DNA of 64,000 nucleotides from Batkoa obscura (lineage: Eukaryota): the NCBI GenBank assembly GCA_030770535.1, contig JASVEC010000026.1, positions 434,001-498,000 on the forward strand, given 5' to 3'. Both the position numbers and the translations under genes were made by a program. Of this stretch, positions 1 through 11,869 are shown piece by piece (position 1 is the first letter of the stretch; every line of letters starts with the position of its first letter). Under the pieces are notes generated by a model. It worked only from the letters and a program-made list of their open reading frames with translations. It ran no database searches and had not been told where the DNA came from.

Positions 1-1872
1 CATCATAACTTGTATGAGAGGGGGATTTGAAAGCTGCATAACATGTACTCGCTTTTCTAATTCATTTAATTCAGAGTAAAATATTATTATACAAGGCTAG
101 CATTAAGATAAACTTATTAATAAATTTTACAATTTGAATAAATCAAAAGCACCTCAATTATGATTTTAAACAAATTCGCTTATTTTTATATTATATTATA
201 TTTCTGTTATATATCTATATATTTGTTCGAGCTCTATTTAAATGAAAATATTGAAAACTTTAACAGAATTCATTAAATAAGAATAAATATAAAGAAATAG
301 ATTTAAATGGAAATATAGGCAAATTAGTCAGTATCCGTCTGATCTTCCAAAGTTATTCTTTTTAAAAAAAGTTATTAGTATTTTAGGTATCCTTACCGCA
401 TTAAATAAAAGTTTTTTTTACAGCTGTTGCAGTTCTTTTTCGGTTTGTATAACCGCATATTTAAGGCAAAAAAATTAAAGTCGAAATTCTATTAGAATAA
501 TGGGAGCCAGTCTTAAAGAAATGGTTATTAAATAGCTAATGATAGAAATTATCGCTAAAAAAGTCGTAAAGAAGTTGCAAGAACTATAAAGCATATTGAT
601 TTATGTTCTATGGATAAATTCAAGTATAAATCCATTTAGGTTAGATTTTTATAATTCGATAAAAAAGGTAACATAAGATAAAGCATTTAGTATTAAAAGT
701 TCTAAATATATAATAAATTAAAAATAACCCATTTGTTTTCATGGGGTATTTAAAACCGTATTGTGATTATAAAAATAAAAGCTTATATTATGAACAAAAA
801 TAATTATAAACATCATCAATTTTTTCTATACCGCTACGGAAATTCTGTGTGCTATGAGCTATTTTATTTGGCATTGACTTTACTGAACAAAGCTCAATGT
901 GCTCATCATCCTTCATTGTTAACTTTTTTATTCATATTATTTTGAAAGTAAAAATTAAAAACATTTTAAAAAGAAAAAAAGGTGGCTAATTGGTAAAGAA
1001 TAGTAAAGGTACAGTATTGTTGTATTTATAACATTTGTCTTCTCATTGTTGCTTTTTCCTCTATCCTATTTGTTAATATACCGCTTGGGAATTAATTGTT
1101 TTTTCAAGAATATACAAATAAGATATAAAGGGCAAAATAAAAAATATAATGGTTGCTTATGATTAATGAAAACTTTATTTTTTTTAATTATTCGCTTATT
1201 TGTTACTACTTTTTTTGTATAAATTCATTTTTAATTAGAATTGATACTATCGTCAAAAATAGTAGGTTTATATTGTGATATTTATAGAATTTTTCAACTT
1301 TTTTACTGATGAAAGTGATATTGAATTAAATTAAATAAAGTAGCAATCAATTAAGTATAGTAAAACCCTTTTTGAAATATAATATTTATTAAAAAGTGAT
1401 GATGGCTAAGAGCTAAAGCCCTTAGTTTTTATATTCTATAATTTTGATCGAATTAAGCAATTGTAAGTTTTAAGATATTATGATTCTTAAAACTTATTAA
1501 ATCCAGTCTTGTTTCGAGTAATAATTTTCTCACAATTGATGACAGTATGATTAGTAATTTGTACAAATGTAACAAAGAAAGTTTACATTGACTTGCTATA
1601 TAGAAGCTAGAAAAGTTTCTCCTACATAATTTATTATTAATCTTATAAAGATTTCATCAATCAAAATTTTATGATCAGGCGAATTGCTATATGTTTATGA
1701 ACAAAAATCATCTTGTTTTTTTACATTGTTTATCATATTCTAGATAAGACGTATTTTGTGACATTCTATTTCTATATATCTACATGAATTTTTGTACTTA
1801 TATTCGAAGTTTGATATTTTCCCGCCTTTAATATAATATCCGAAGCTTGCAATATTTATGATATTTATATAT

Positions 1873-1971
1873 GGGGGTGTTTTTTTTGGCTTCATTATTT
1901 TTTCCATTTTTTAAGCGCTATTTCAGCGGAAAGATTGTTAGTAAAATTCTTAAACAAAAAAATACATCCCC
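1873..1971 (+). mobile_element. ~99-bp MITE family A copy (Sola-like), TSD ATAT
   Basis: GGGGGTGTTTTTTTTGG...AAACAAAAAAATACATCCCC with imperfect TIRs; ATAT on both sides. Confidence 0.85.
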
Positions 1972-2049
1972 ATATGTTAAGAATTATAAAGTACAAAAAA
2001 TATTCATACAGGTCACGAGCATTTTTATGAAAATCTGTCAAGCAGATAT

Positions 2050-2148
2050 GGGTATGTTTTTTTTGGCTTCATCACTTTTTCCATCTTTTAAGCGCCATTT
2101 GAATGGAAAGATTGGTAGTAAGATTCTTAAACAAAAAAATACATCCCC
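2050..2148 (+). mobile_element. MITE family A copy, TSD ATAT
   Basis: Same consensus, 99 bp, flanked by ATAT. Confidence 0.85.
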
Positions 2149-3143
2149 ATATGCATACAAAAATAAACAAAACTCGGCGAGAATAATCCGGGTCAACCTT
2201 AACTTTTAACCTGATTTATTAAAATTAAAGTTAGCCCTACTGAAAGTTGACTAGATTGGTATGCTCTTTTCAAAAAAAGCTATGTATATTACATGATCAA
2301 CAATAGTAATAAAATTAATTATATTCCTATTCAAATTATTATATATGATTTAATTGATAATAATATCGAAAGGTATCATATTTGCATAATATAGATTTAA
2401 AGACGTGAACCACTGTGGGCGCGTAACCATAAAAATTATAGATTTATTCATTTATTGAACATTGTAAAACTAAACTTTGAGCAGTTTTTATTAGTATAAA
2501 CAGATTATTTAAAATGTTTGTTTATCACAGTAGAACTATTGTAAATTAGCATAGGATCAATGTAAAATCTGCAAAGTTGAAGTTTTTGGCAGGAAATCAA
2601 CCAGCTTTAGGGTACACCTGGGTACCCCTTTTTACAAATGTCAATAATTTCTAATGATTTATAATGTTTCTAAAAAAACTATACTCTGTTGTAGCTCTAT
2701 TGCGACATAGTTCACTGTTTATTTATAAATAAAACCGACCTAAAATCAGGTTAAAATCAGGCTAAAGCTTAAAGATTAAGCTTTAAAAAAAACTAAACGA
2801 GCAAATAACTGACTCTAATAATCACTGCAAATCAGATCGCAATAAAGCTGCAACAGCTGTATGTATGAGTTTAAAGCTAGGTTAAAATTCGAAATAATTT
2901 TTCTCAGTTTTGAATTAGATTTGAACTTACAAAACAGCGTTAGGTGAAAAATAAAAAAAGATAGGGCATGTATTTCTTTGTTATTTCTTTTTGTTTTTTA
3001 TAATTTTAAAGTACATACAAAGTCACTCAATTTATTTAGTAGAAATAAAAGCATTCTTTATTTTCTTGGTATTCATGTTTACTTTATTTGCAGTAAATTC
3101 CAATCGGAAAAAGGTTGAACCTTGGATTTAAATTTAGCCATAT

Positions 3144-3240
3144 GGTGATGTTTTTTAGTTTCATCACTTTTTCCATCTTTTAAGCGCCATTTGAATGGAA
3201 AAATTGTTAATAAAATTCTTAAACAAAAAAATACATCCCT
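3144..3240 (+). mobile_element. MITE family A copy
   Basis: Same consensus; flanks ATAT/ACAT. Confidence 0.8.
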
Positions 3241-3644
3241 ACATAAAAATATTATTTAGATACCATAGGATTTTTTGTTAGTTTTTATGCTTATGTATTT
3301 ATATTTATTTTAGTGACAGCTGGTTAAAAAGCATCATAAAAAGCACTTGTGATACAAATATTATATATGCTTTTAATATTTTTATTACCCTTAGAATTAA
3401 TTTAAAAAAACACATAAGTATTATTTATTATTTATTTAGAATAGCATAGCCTAAGTCTATTTTTTGTACTATCAATTGAATAATACTGTTACATATCTAG
3501 CATGATTAAAAAAATATTAAGTGTAATATTACTATATTATTAAGGCTCATTAATAACTGTATTAAATTTGTATAAATCATTTTAAAATAATTTTTTTATA
3601 GAAAATACATGCCTGAATTGAGAAAATATGATATTGATATTATT

Positions 3645-4597
3645 TTATTTAAAGTTACTAGATGAATGACATTTGTTTTTGTATAACTTTAGCCTTTTTA
3701 ATTCTTTAGATTTACGTTCATTATTAGTAGAGCTTTCATTCATAACCGGTATGTTCACTTTAACCGACAACAAAGGTGGTACAAGGGCATCCCATGATTT
3801 TTGATGAGTTTCGATAATATCATTATCTAATTTTATAATTTGTTTCTCAGTGTTCACTATAGTTCTAGAATAACCCTCTAATTCTTTTTCTAGTTCTTTA
3901 TTATGTAATCTTATGCTCTCATATTTTAATATCATGGATTTATAGTAATCTTCATAATCTTTAGTTATGTCGTCTTCCTATTAAAATGAAAGTTATTATT
4001 GATACATTAATTTAGTTATCAAAATTACATGCTTTTCAATTATTTCAACCACTTGTTTATTTCTATAAACTTGGAATAATAATCTTATTACAACTACTAA
4101 CACTTTAACTTCTAAAAATAAATGCAAAGATTGGATAGTATCGATGATGCTTACAACAATGTTCGTCAACAGAAAAGTAGAATCTAATACTGCTAATTGA
4201 ATGGTATATAGCTTAACATTCGTCAAAGTAATTAACTTTATAACTAATTCTATTATAAATAAGAATATAAAGGGAACACCTAATATATCAAACACTAAAT
4301 GAAGAATGGACCTTTCATTAAATTTAATACTTTTATTTTTCACTAAAGTGGACCCTATATTAATACATATTAATATTGTTAGTTGGATAAAATTGAGTTG
4401 AATTTACTATATGCAAATTCAAAACTTATAACAATAAGATAAAATATGGAAATCAACATTGTTTTATAATGAAATGAACAGGAATCTACAATTTTAAAAG
4501 CTTTGTATTGGTATCTTTGGTATCGTGTTATGTTTTCATCATGATCTAAATTTACTCGATTCAATATTATTTTACTTTCCAAGGTGCCAATATTCAT
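3645..4597 (-). CDS. Divergent Hv1-like voltage-sensing-domain membrane protein with C-terminal coiled coil (3 exons, 282 aa)
   Basis: Exons 4597-4408, 4354-4029 and 3977-3645 join in frame via GT-AG introns (CTAAC branch site in intron 1). Four hydrophobic helices with S2 'FLFIIELVIKL', S3 'VLDSTF' and S4 'IRLLFQVYR', followed by a heptad-rich tail. Confidence 0.65.
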
Positions 4598-6130
4598 TTT
4601 ATAAAAAAAAGTCAAAAGGAGTCAATTTAGTCCTTATATAATAATTGAAATGTATTAGTAGTTGTAGTAAATTTATTAAATTGATACTGTTATAGTAGTT
4701 AAGGGTGTAAAAAGCTTTTAATAAAATAAAGGAAATTAAATACTCTATTGAGTTTAAATTCATTATTATCCCAATGATTATTATTTTACATACCACTTTC
4801 TAAACAGTTTATAACTAATGTTACTTAGCCACTTTAACTATAAAAAGTCAAAATTTAATAACATAATTAAAATTTACCAACATTCAAATAGAGTAATTTA
4901 CGTATTTAAAGTCCATTTTTAGTTGAACAGTATTTTTGACAACTTTAAAAGTGTATAGGTTTAAATGTTTAATGTTTAATAAAACCTCAATTAAAATTTT
5001 AATTTGAGGAAATTTACTATCATTTTTTCCTTTTCGATTATTTAAAAAAACCCTTATCAACTGTATCAAGTTTTGATTCTATGAATCCTATTCTAACAAT
5101 CTGAATCGCAATTTAAATATCAGTTAATGACAGAAGCAGTTTATCTTTATCAAGCTCTATTTTTAAAGATGAATGTTTCAAAATGCTTATCATATACTTG
5201 AAGTTAATAATTTGATCTCTGCCTATTTATGCTTTTGAAATTTTTATTTACAATACAGCGGTGCTTTTGGATATGGTTTGCTATCTTCACCCTTCAAAAC
5301 AAATTTATCTTATAAATAAATGAATTATTTTTTGTTCTATATGAATGTTGGCTTTATCTAAATACTAACTAACTTAGTTTATTTTTTAAGACTTTGGAAT
5401 ACACTTTAGTTTAATAGCTCTCTTGGGAATAAAACATTTACATAATTTTTCAAATTTTAACAAAAAAAAGTGCCTAATTACATCAGTTTGATTTATATCA
5501 AATTTAAAAAATCATACTAAACATAGAAAAGCATGAAGTTACATATATCTTAATTAGTTCTTCAACTGTCATTAAAAATAATCAACCAAATAGTTGTATT
5601 ATCCGTTTTGTTAACATTATAAAATAGTAATTTTTAAACTTAAAGCAGTTAACGATTTAAAAGAATGTATAAACCACAGGTATATGCTTTTATTTTTCAA
5701 AATCTAGATTTATGTTAACGGAAATTAAAAAATCAAGTTTTATAAGTTCAAAGAGTTATAAAAAAATTTCAAACTCTTTATTTTGAGTCCTTATCAAAAA
5801 AGGAAACTATGCTTTTCAAAAATTCATTCAAATTTAAGCAAAAATTATTAAATTATTAAAGCATTTTTAACAAAAGTAGAAAAAATGGTTTTAATATAAA
5901 TTTGGCTTGATTTTTTTACTTTTAATAATGATATTAGATAAAGATGAAATAAAAACATATTAATGACTATTAATAAAATATACTAAAGCGTTGATTTTGT
6001 GTTAAATGTTGTTTAAAATGATTTCTTATAATTAAATAAAGAGTTAAGATTTTGTTATTGTTATAAACCAAATTTAATATATTAGTTGAAATAAAAAACC
6101 CAGAATGGAGCCAGATCTAGAAGGTTATAT

Positions 6131-6229
6131 GGGGATGTATTTTTTTGTTTAAAAGTTTTACTAACAATCTTTCCGCTCAAATAGCGCTTAAAAAATGGAA
6201 AAAGTAATGAAACCAAAAAAAACACCCTC
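6131..6229 (-). mobile_element. MITE family A copy, TSD ATAT
   Basis: Reverse complement of consensus, ATAT both sides. Confidence 0.85.
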
Positions 6230-6318
6230 ATATAGGGTTTTATTAATTTCAGTTTTTATTTAATTACTAAGAGTAATATATAAAAAAGGTAGCGTTTTTT
6301 TGTTTCTAAAGTCTATAT

Positions 6319-6417
6319 GAGGATTTTTTTTTTGATTTCATTACTTTTTCCATTTTTTAAGCGCTATTTGAGCGGAAAGATTGTTAGTAAAATTCTTAAA
6401 TAAAAAAATACATCCCC
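6319..6417 (+). mobile_element. MITE family A copy, TSD ATAT
   Basis: Consensus match, ATAT both sides. Confidence 0.85.
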
Positions 6418-6612
6418 ATATTAAAATAGCTTTCAAATCTTTTTTCTTTACTATTTTCATCATTTGATGAATCCTTTTAACAAGTTTCAATTGATTATCA
6501 AAAACTTTAATCATAATACCTTTAACTTTTTTTAAATATTTTATAATAATATGTGTATTAAAGAAATAAATTTGATTGATGATAGCTTTATAATAATTAA
6601 AATGGATTATAT

Positions 6613-6710
6613 GAGGATGTTTTTTTGGTTTCATTATTCTTTCTATCTTTTAAGAGCTATTTAAGTGGAAAAATTGTTAGTAAAATCCTTAAACATAAAA
6701 ATACATCCCC
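6613..6710 (+). mobile_element. MITE family A copy, TSD ATAT
   Basis: Consensus match, ATAT both sides. Confidence 0.85.
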
Positions 6711-6733
6711 ATATTTTAAATAAAAGAACATAT

Positions 6734-6818
6734 AAGGATGTCTAAATTAGTTTCATTTTTTTATCTAATTTTTATTAAATCTAATAAGAATTCCCAAATT
6801 AGCAAGGCTTTTACTAAT
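6734..6818 (+). mobile_element. Terminal fragment of larger family-B DNA element (internally deleted relative to the 26458 copy)
   Basis: AAGGATGTCTAAATTAGTTTCATTTTTTTATCT and TTCCCAAATTAGCAAGGCTTTTACTAAT match 26458-26495 and ~26640-26668. Confidence 0.6.
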
Positions 6819-7277
6819 TGTGAAATATTGCTTTATCAGCTCTCGGATTAATTATAACATGATAATCATTTAACTTATTTACAAAACTAGTGGTAGTCTT
6901 GTAATCGATTTAACCGTAAATCATGTGGTATAATCAATCCAGAGTCCCTTGTTTTGATTTGTTATGAGAATTTCTAACTTCGCACTGCAAAGAGTATAAG
7001 AGAGATTCTTCAACATGATAACTCGAAGCTTTTTGACTGAATTACTCCCTGATATCGTACCATTAATAAAGCCACTAAGTCTTTCTGACAATATCTTACG
7101 TAGATTTTACAGTAGTATTGTCTACTCTATTTGTTTTACATAGTTCGTAACTTATTACGTATTATTCTTATTCATTTAAATCTATCTTAGTTATACGAAC
7201 TAAGACCCTTCGACTCAAGGCAAGTTAATCAACCAAGAACTGCTTTTAACTCATACCACTGAGTACCAACTTTCAAA
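6819..7277 (-). mobile_element. LTR-like repeat (solo-LTR candidate), inverted copy of 49229-49777
   Basis: Long inverted match to 49229-49777; TGTGA...TCACA-type termini; no TSD seen. Confidence 0.55.
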
Positions 7278-7280
7278 GTA

Positions 7281-7361
7281 TTTAAGAGTTTTACCAACAG
7301 TTTTTTCACTTAGATAGCGCTTAAAAAATGAAGAAAATAATGAAACCAAAAAAACATCCTC
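7281..7361 (-). mobile_element. Truncated MITE family A copy
   Basis: Lacks one TIR at the junction with the LTR-like repeat. Confidence 0.75.
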
Positions 7362-7549
7362 ATATATTTATTAAAATTATTTTAAAATTAAATCAAAAAC
7401 TAAAAAAATAAATGTCAACTATAGATTTTTTAATAATAAAATTTTATTAAATAAAACTTTTGCAGTATATTATTTAAATTATATTTTATAAAATTATTTA
7501 TAGTAATTATTTGTATTAATTTATATATTATTGCATATTAGATTCCTAT

Positions 7550-7835
7550 TATGATTTTTTAAAACTGTTAAATATTCTTGCTTTTTAATAAAGAATTTGG
7601 GATGTTTTTTTTGATTTCATCACTTTTTCCATTTCTTAAGCGTTGTTTGAGCGGAAAGATTAATAGTAAAATTCTCAAACAAAAAAATACAGTCCCATTT
7701 ATTTTTATAAAATTTTAAGCAAAGTTTTTTAAATATAGAATATTTAAAAAATTAGGTTTTATTTTAATACTATTTTATTGACTATTTTATTTAAAATTTA
7801 AATAAAAAAATAAACCTAGTTCAGATATCCTTATT
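7550..7835 (-). mobile_element. Inverted family-B terminal segment carrying a nested MITE
   Basis: Reverse complement matches ~26458-26590; ends in ...TAAACCTAGTTCAGATATCCTT. Confidence 0.55.
7599..7696 (+). mobile_element. MITE family A copy, TSD ATTT
   Basis: ATTT at 7595-7598 and 7697-7700; the homologous empty site lies near 26550. Confidence 0.85.
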
Positions 7836-7840
7836 AATAT

Positions 7841-7937
7841 GAGGATGTTTTCTTGGTTTCATTACTTTTTCCATTTTTTAAGCGCTATTTGAGTAGAAAG
7901 ATTGCTAGTAAATTTCTTAAACAAAAAATATATCACC
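7841..7937 (+). mobile_element. MITE family A copy, TSD ATAT
   Basis: Consensus match, ATAT both sides. Confidence 0.85.
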
Positions 7938-9907
7938 ATATTTTTTACATAATTTTAATAACTATTTTATACTCAAAAAGCTTTATTTATATAAATTTGA
8001 ATAATATTTATTTTTTATATTTAAATTGTACTTAAAGCATAGTCAGTTTTTGTTTATTAATTTAGTATTTATATTACATCACGGATATAGAAAAGAGAAA
8101 CTTCAAACTAGAGTAAAAAAAACTAATAATAATTTTTAGCAAAATAAATAAAACCTAAAATAATATTAGAAATTTTTCAACTTTGTTCACTTTTGTTGGA
8201 AATCGTTATTGAAATTTTTCTACTTCAGTTTGTCTAAATGTTTTTTTTAGCTATATTCGTGATATAATAAAAATACTCTATATTAACTACTTTAAAGTCA
8301 TAAAACAATTCAACGTGGTTTCTTTATTTTAGTATTATGGATTTGTTTACTTCATTTTTTCAACTGTTAAAGTAGTTCCAACAAAAATATTATCTGATTG
8401 TGATAAACTTATTTGATATCAATTCATCTAAATATAAATAGATTAAATATGATAAAGTGGTAATAATTTTAAATGTTAATTTAATACAATAAGTGTATAT
8501 TAATAAATGCAATGAAAGTTTAAAATACTAAAGTTCATGTTTTAAATTGCATTAAGTCATTATTTGGCAAATAAACAATAAAATAAAACAAAAGCAAAGT
8601 ATTTATTTACTATTATTAGTTAAGTTATGATGATATAGTTATCAAGTTTTAGTTAAAAAATGTAATTTAAAATATAGTCTTTTGACTTTAAAGAAACTGT
8701 TTTATATACCCTTTACCATACAAAGCTTGGCTAAAGCTATAGATTTAGTCCTAATACGAGCTGTAATAAGATAAGGTAAAAGGATGGAAAATATTTAAAA
8801 TAAATTTCATTAAGGCAAATTACTATTTTTATCCCTAAAAATAACTAAAAATTGTTAATTGCTTTTTATAAAAAAACGAATAGCTTATTGGGCCACAACT
8901 TACTATACCATATAATTTAATAACCTCATAAAGTAAATTTTATGTTTTAAAAACATTGTTTATTTGTATTATTAATAATTCCTTCAATATTTAAATTTAA
9001 TTATAGATTATAGAGCTTTAAAGTCTATTTATGTTTCATCTTGATGTATAAGTCACTTTTCAAGGCTAAATAAAACCTATATTGTTAAAATGAGGGCAAT
9101 TTAAAAAGTTAGTTATACTAAATCTAGCGTTGGGATAAAGAAAGACTAAATCTTTATAAGGAAGTTATACTATAAAATAAATTTGGCTTAGATAATTTCA
9201 AAGTCTATTACCCATATCCTTTATTAATTGTTACTACTCAAAGCAATCTAAAGAATTAAATCTGGTATACAAAAGTGAATTATAGGCAAAAGTTTACAGC
9301 TGTTTTAAAAAGTGAATTCATTGTAGTAAATTTAACTGCAAAAACCCCTGATCAAAGGAAAAAAAAGGGGTAGAATAAAAGCCAATAATAAATTAATATA
9401 AAACAAAAAGAAGGCAGGAACATTAAGCCAATGAAGTCCCTAAATTAAGTATATTTCTACGATATGAAACGTTTTAATTAAGTTTATCAAGTTGAATTCA
9501 AATAAATTACCCCAATTTGTTAATAGACTGATTATGTAGGGGGAATAATAAAGAATAAATATTGAAATAAAAACGAGTTCTATAAAAAGGATTAACTTTT
9601 TAAAGTTAATATAATAGTCATCAACTTGTTATAATGAAATGTATCAAATTGGAATAATGTTTTTAAGTATTTTTTGTTAAATTGTATAAAGTATAAAACT
9701 GTCATTGATGATTTTTATTAGGATCAGTTTTTATAATTTTTGTATATATTGATCAACAATATATTTTCAAAAGTTGATCATTTAGAATTTAGACTTATAA
9801 TATTTAACCTTATCAATATCGCTTTCATTTACTTTTTATACAACTAATTCTTTTCTGCCGCTAAAGAAATAGAATAACTTCATTATTATTTTGATAATAA
9901 TAATATT

Positions 9908-10672
9908 ATGGAAAATTGTCGTTCATTCATAAGAGATACTTTATATCAAGACAATGGTAATTATTATTTACTTTTAATTGGCCAGTAACTAATGTATTTA
10001 CTTTAGGATTAATGCGTAATGCTAAATCAGTAAAGACACCAACATTAGGTATGAGTATACATACCAGTACTAGTCATAGTTCATTGCCAACGTCACCAAT
10101 AACTGGTGATAAAGAAGATGGCCATCAAAAAAACCCAATTAAAAGAAAAGAAACTGCTGAAAGAATGAGAAAATGGCGGGCACTAAATAAAGAAAAAAGT
10201 AACTATTCAATTAAGTTCATTTTGATCATTTACTCATTGTTTTAGATAAAGAAAATGATACTAGATGTCGTGTATACAGAGTTGCTAAAGAACGTTTCGG
10301 TCCTAATGATTCTATTGAAAAAAGACAATTTATTGAGCTTGAAATTAAACGTCGTAATGAAAGGCGTAGATTAAGGGAGCTAAAAAAGGGGCATTGTAAG
10401 GCTTTGGATAGTAATAGAGAAATCGATTTTAACATCGAACCTAAAAATCTGGGATGTAACCTTCCTACTTTAGATTCAGTTCTAAATGGTAAATGCCTTT
10501 ATTATAAAAAATTCATTACTAATTTTATTTTATAGTTGGATCTAAACAAGTTGATAAATCGTTACTTTTGGAGCCAAAAACAACATCAAGCGTAGACCTT
10601 AGTATCCAGCATGTTCTAAACGATTGGAACTTTAAAGGCGCACAATATGTCTGTAAAAAATCTTTCCTCTAA
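9908..10672 (+). CDS. DUF3020-domain nuclear protein (4 exons)
   Basis: Exons 9908-9956, 10007-10198, 10246-10488 and 10536-10672 splice in frame; motif ERMRKWRALNKEKNKENDTRCRV...A..RFG...K..FI..EI.RR. Confidence 0.7.
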
Positions 10673-11869
10673 AAAATTTTTCCCTTAGAAAGTCGTTCTC
10701 TTAAAAGTCTTTCCTTTAAAAGCTTTTCCTTTACACAATATTTCTTATTATATAGATAACTAATTAAACTATTCAATAAAAGTTATTATTTTAAATCTAA
10801 AACTTTTAAAAAAATTCAATATCGAAATACTATTAAAATGCAAATTTTATACTGTTTAATACTGTAGATATTTGAAAATATTCAATAGCATGCTTTCACT
10901 TATAAAATAGCCCAATATAAAGTATTTATAACATTCACACAACTTTCTTTTGTTAGAATCTTAATATCAACACCTAACATGCTTTACCCTTTAAATGTTT
11001 TTTTATAAAAAATCTTAATATTTTTAAAAGTTTAGATTATATTTGATTAAAATCTTAATTAATGCTAATTTATTTGCGTCAGTTTAATACTGTTCGTTAC
11101 GAGCAGTAATAAATTAAATTTTCGATTTTATTTTACTTTAATAAAAAAACAAAATGTTGGGTGAAAATCATTTAAAGATTTACTTTTAAATATTAGAACA
11201 TACTTAAGATCCTTCAGTTATTGTGATCTTTTTGTTATTGTTTTCAAAATAATTAAAATCAAATACACGCTTTTTAGTGTTCTATTTAGACATTTTATAT
11301 CTCAGGAATAATAGTTTCTAAAATATTCTTTAAAATCTACTTAAACTAAGCTCAATAAAACGAATTAAATGATAAGAAACAGTATAGATCAACTTAAACG
11401 TGGTTTTAATTGAGTTATTAACTTATTTGAAAATATTGAAGGATGTTTGTGTAGTTATACAGACGCTTTATAAACTTAAAAGCAAAGGACATCGAAAATA
11501 AGATTGGATGAATGCAAGCCAAGGATAAACTATTAATAAAATTATAAATTAACTATAAATAAACCTTTATTATTGACTTATTTTTTGCAAAGGCCAAATC
11601 ATCTATCAACAATAAATTAATAATAAATTAAACCCTTGCAATCCAGCCAATTAAAACGATAGAAATGGATTTCAAGGAGAAATGGCGATATTGGCTAATT
11701 GATTTGAGAGGAGCAAGCAAGGTGACAATAATAAACCACATTACTTCGAACCACCTAAAAAAGGTATAGGAACAAAATTATTCAGCTAAAGTTAAAAACT
11801 AATTTAATATAAAATGTGAACATTATATAGAATTCAATTTTCAATTATTAATACTACAGTAATCAAGTT

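Noticed and set aside
1..44. Possible minus-strand gene start at the window edge
   Set aside because: Only about 13 codons are visible; cannot be supported.
763..945. 60-aa ORF (similarly 4599-4796, 4884-5069, 15033-15248, 21194-21379)
   Set aside because: Mostly non-ATG starts with AT-driven composition and no splice or motif support.
1871..2209. 112-aa ORF with an internal repeat (also ORFs 6341-6634 and 7853-8035)
   Set aside because: These are chance translations of MITE copies, not genes.
1873..7937. Clustered repeats resembling a CRISPR or other regular array
   Set aside because: Units are ~99 bp, in mixed orientation, irregularly spaced and each has its own TSD; there are no cas genes and the context is eukaryotic.
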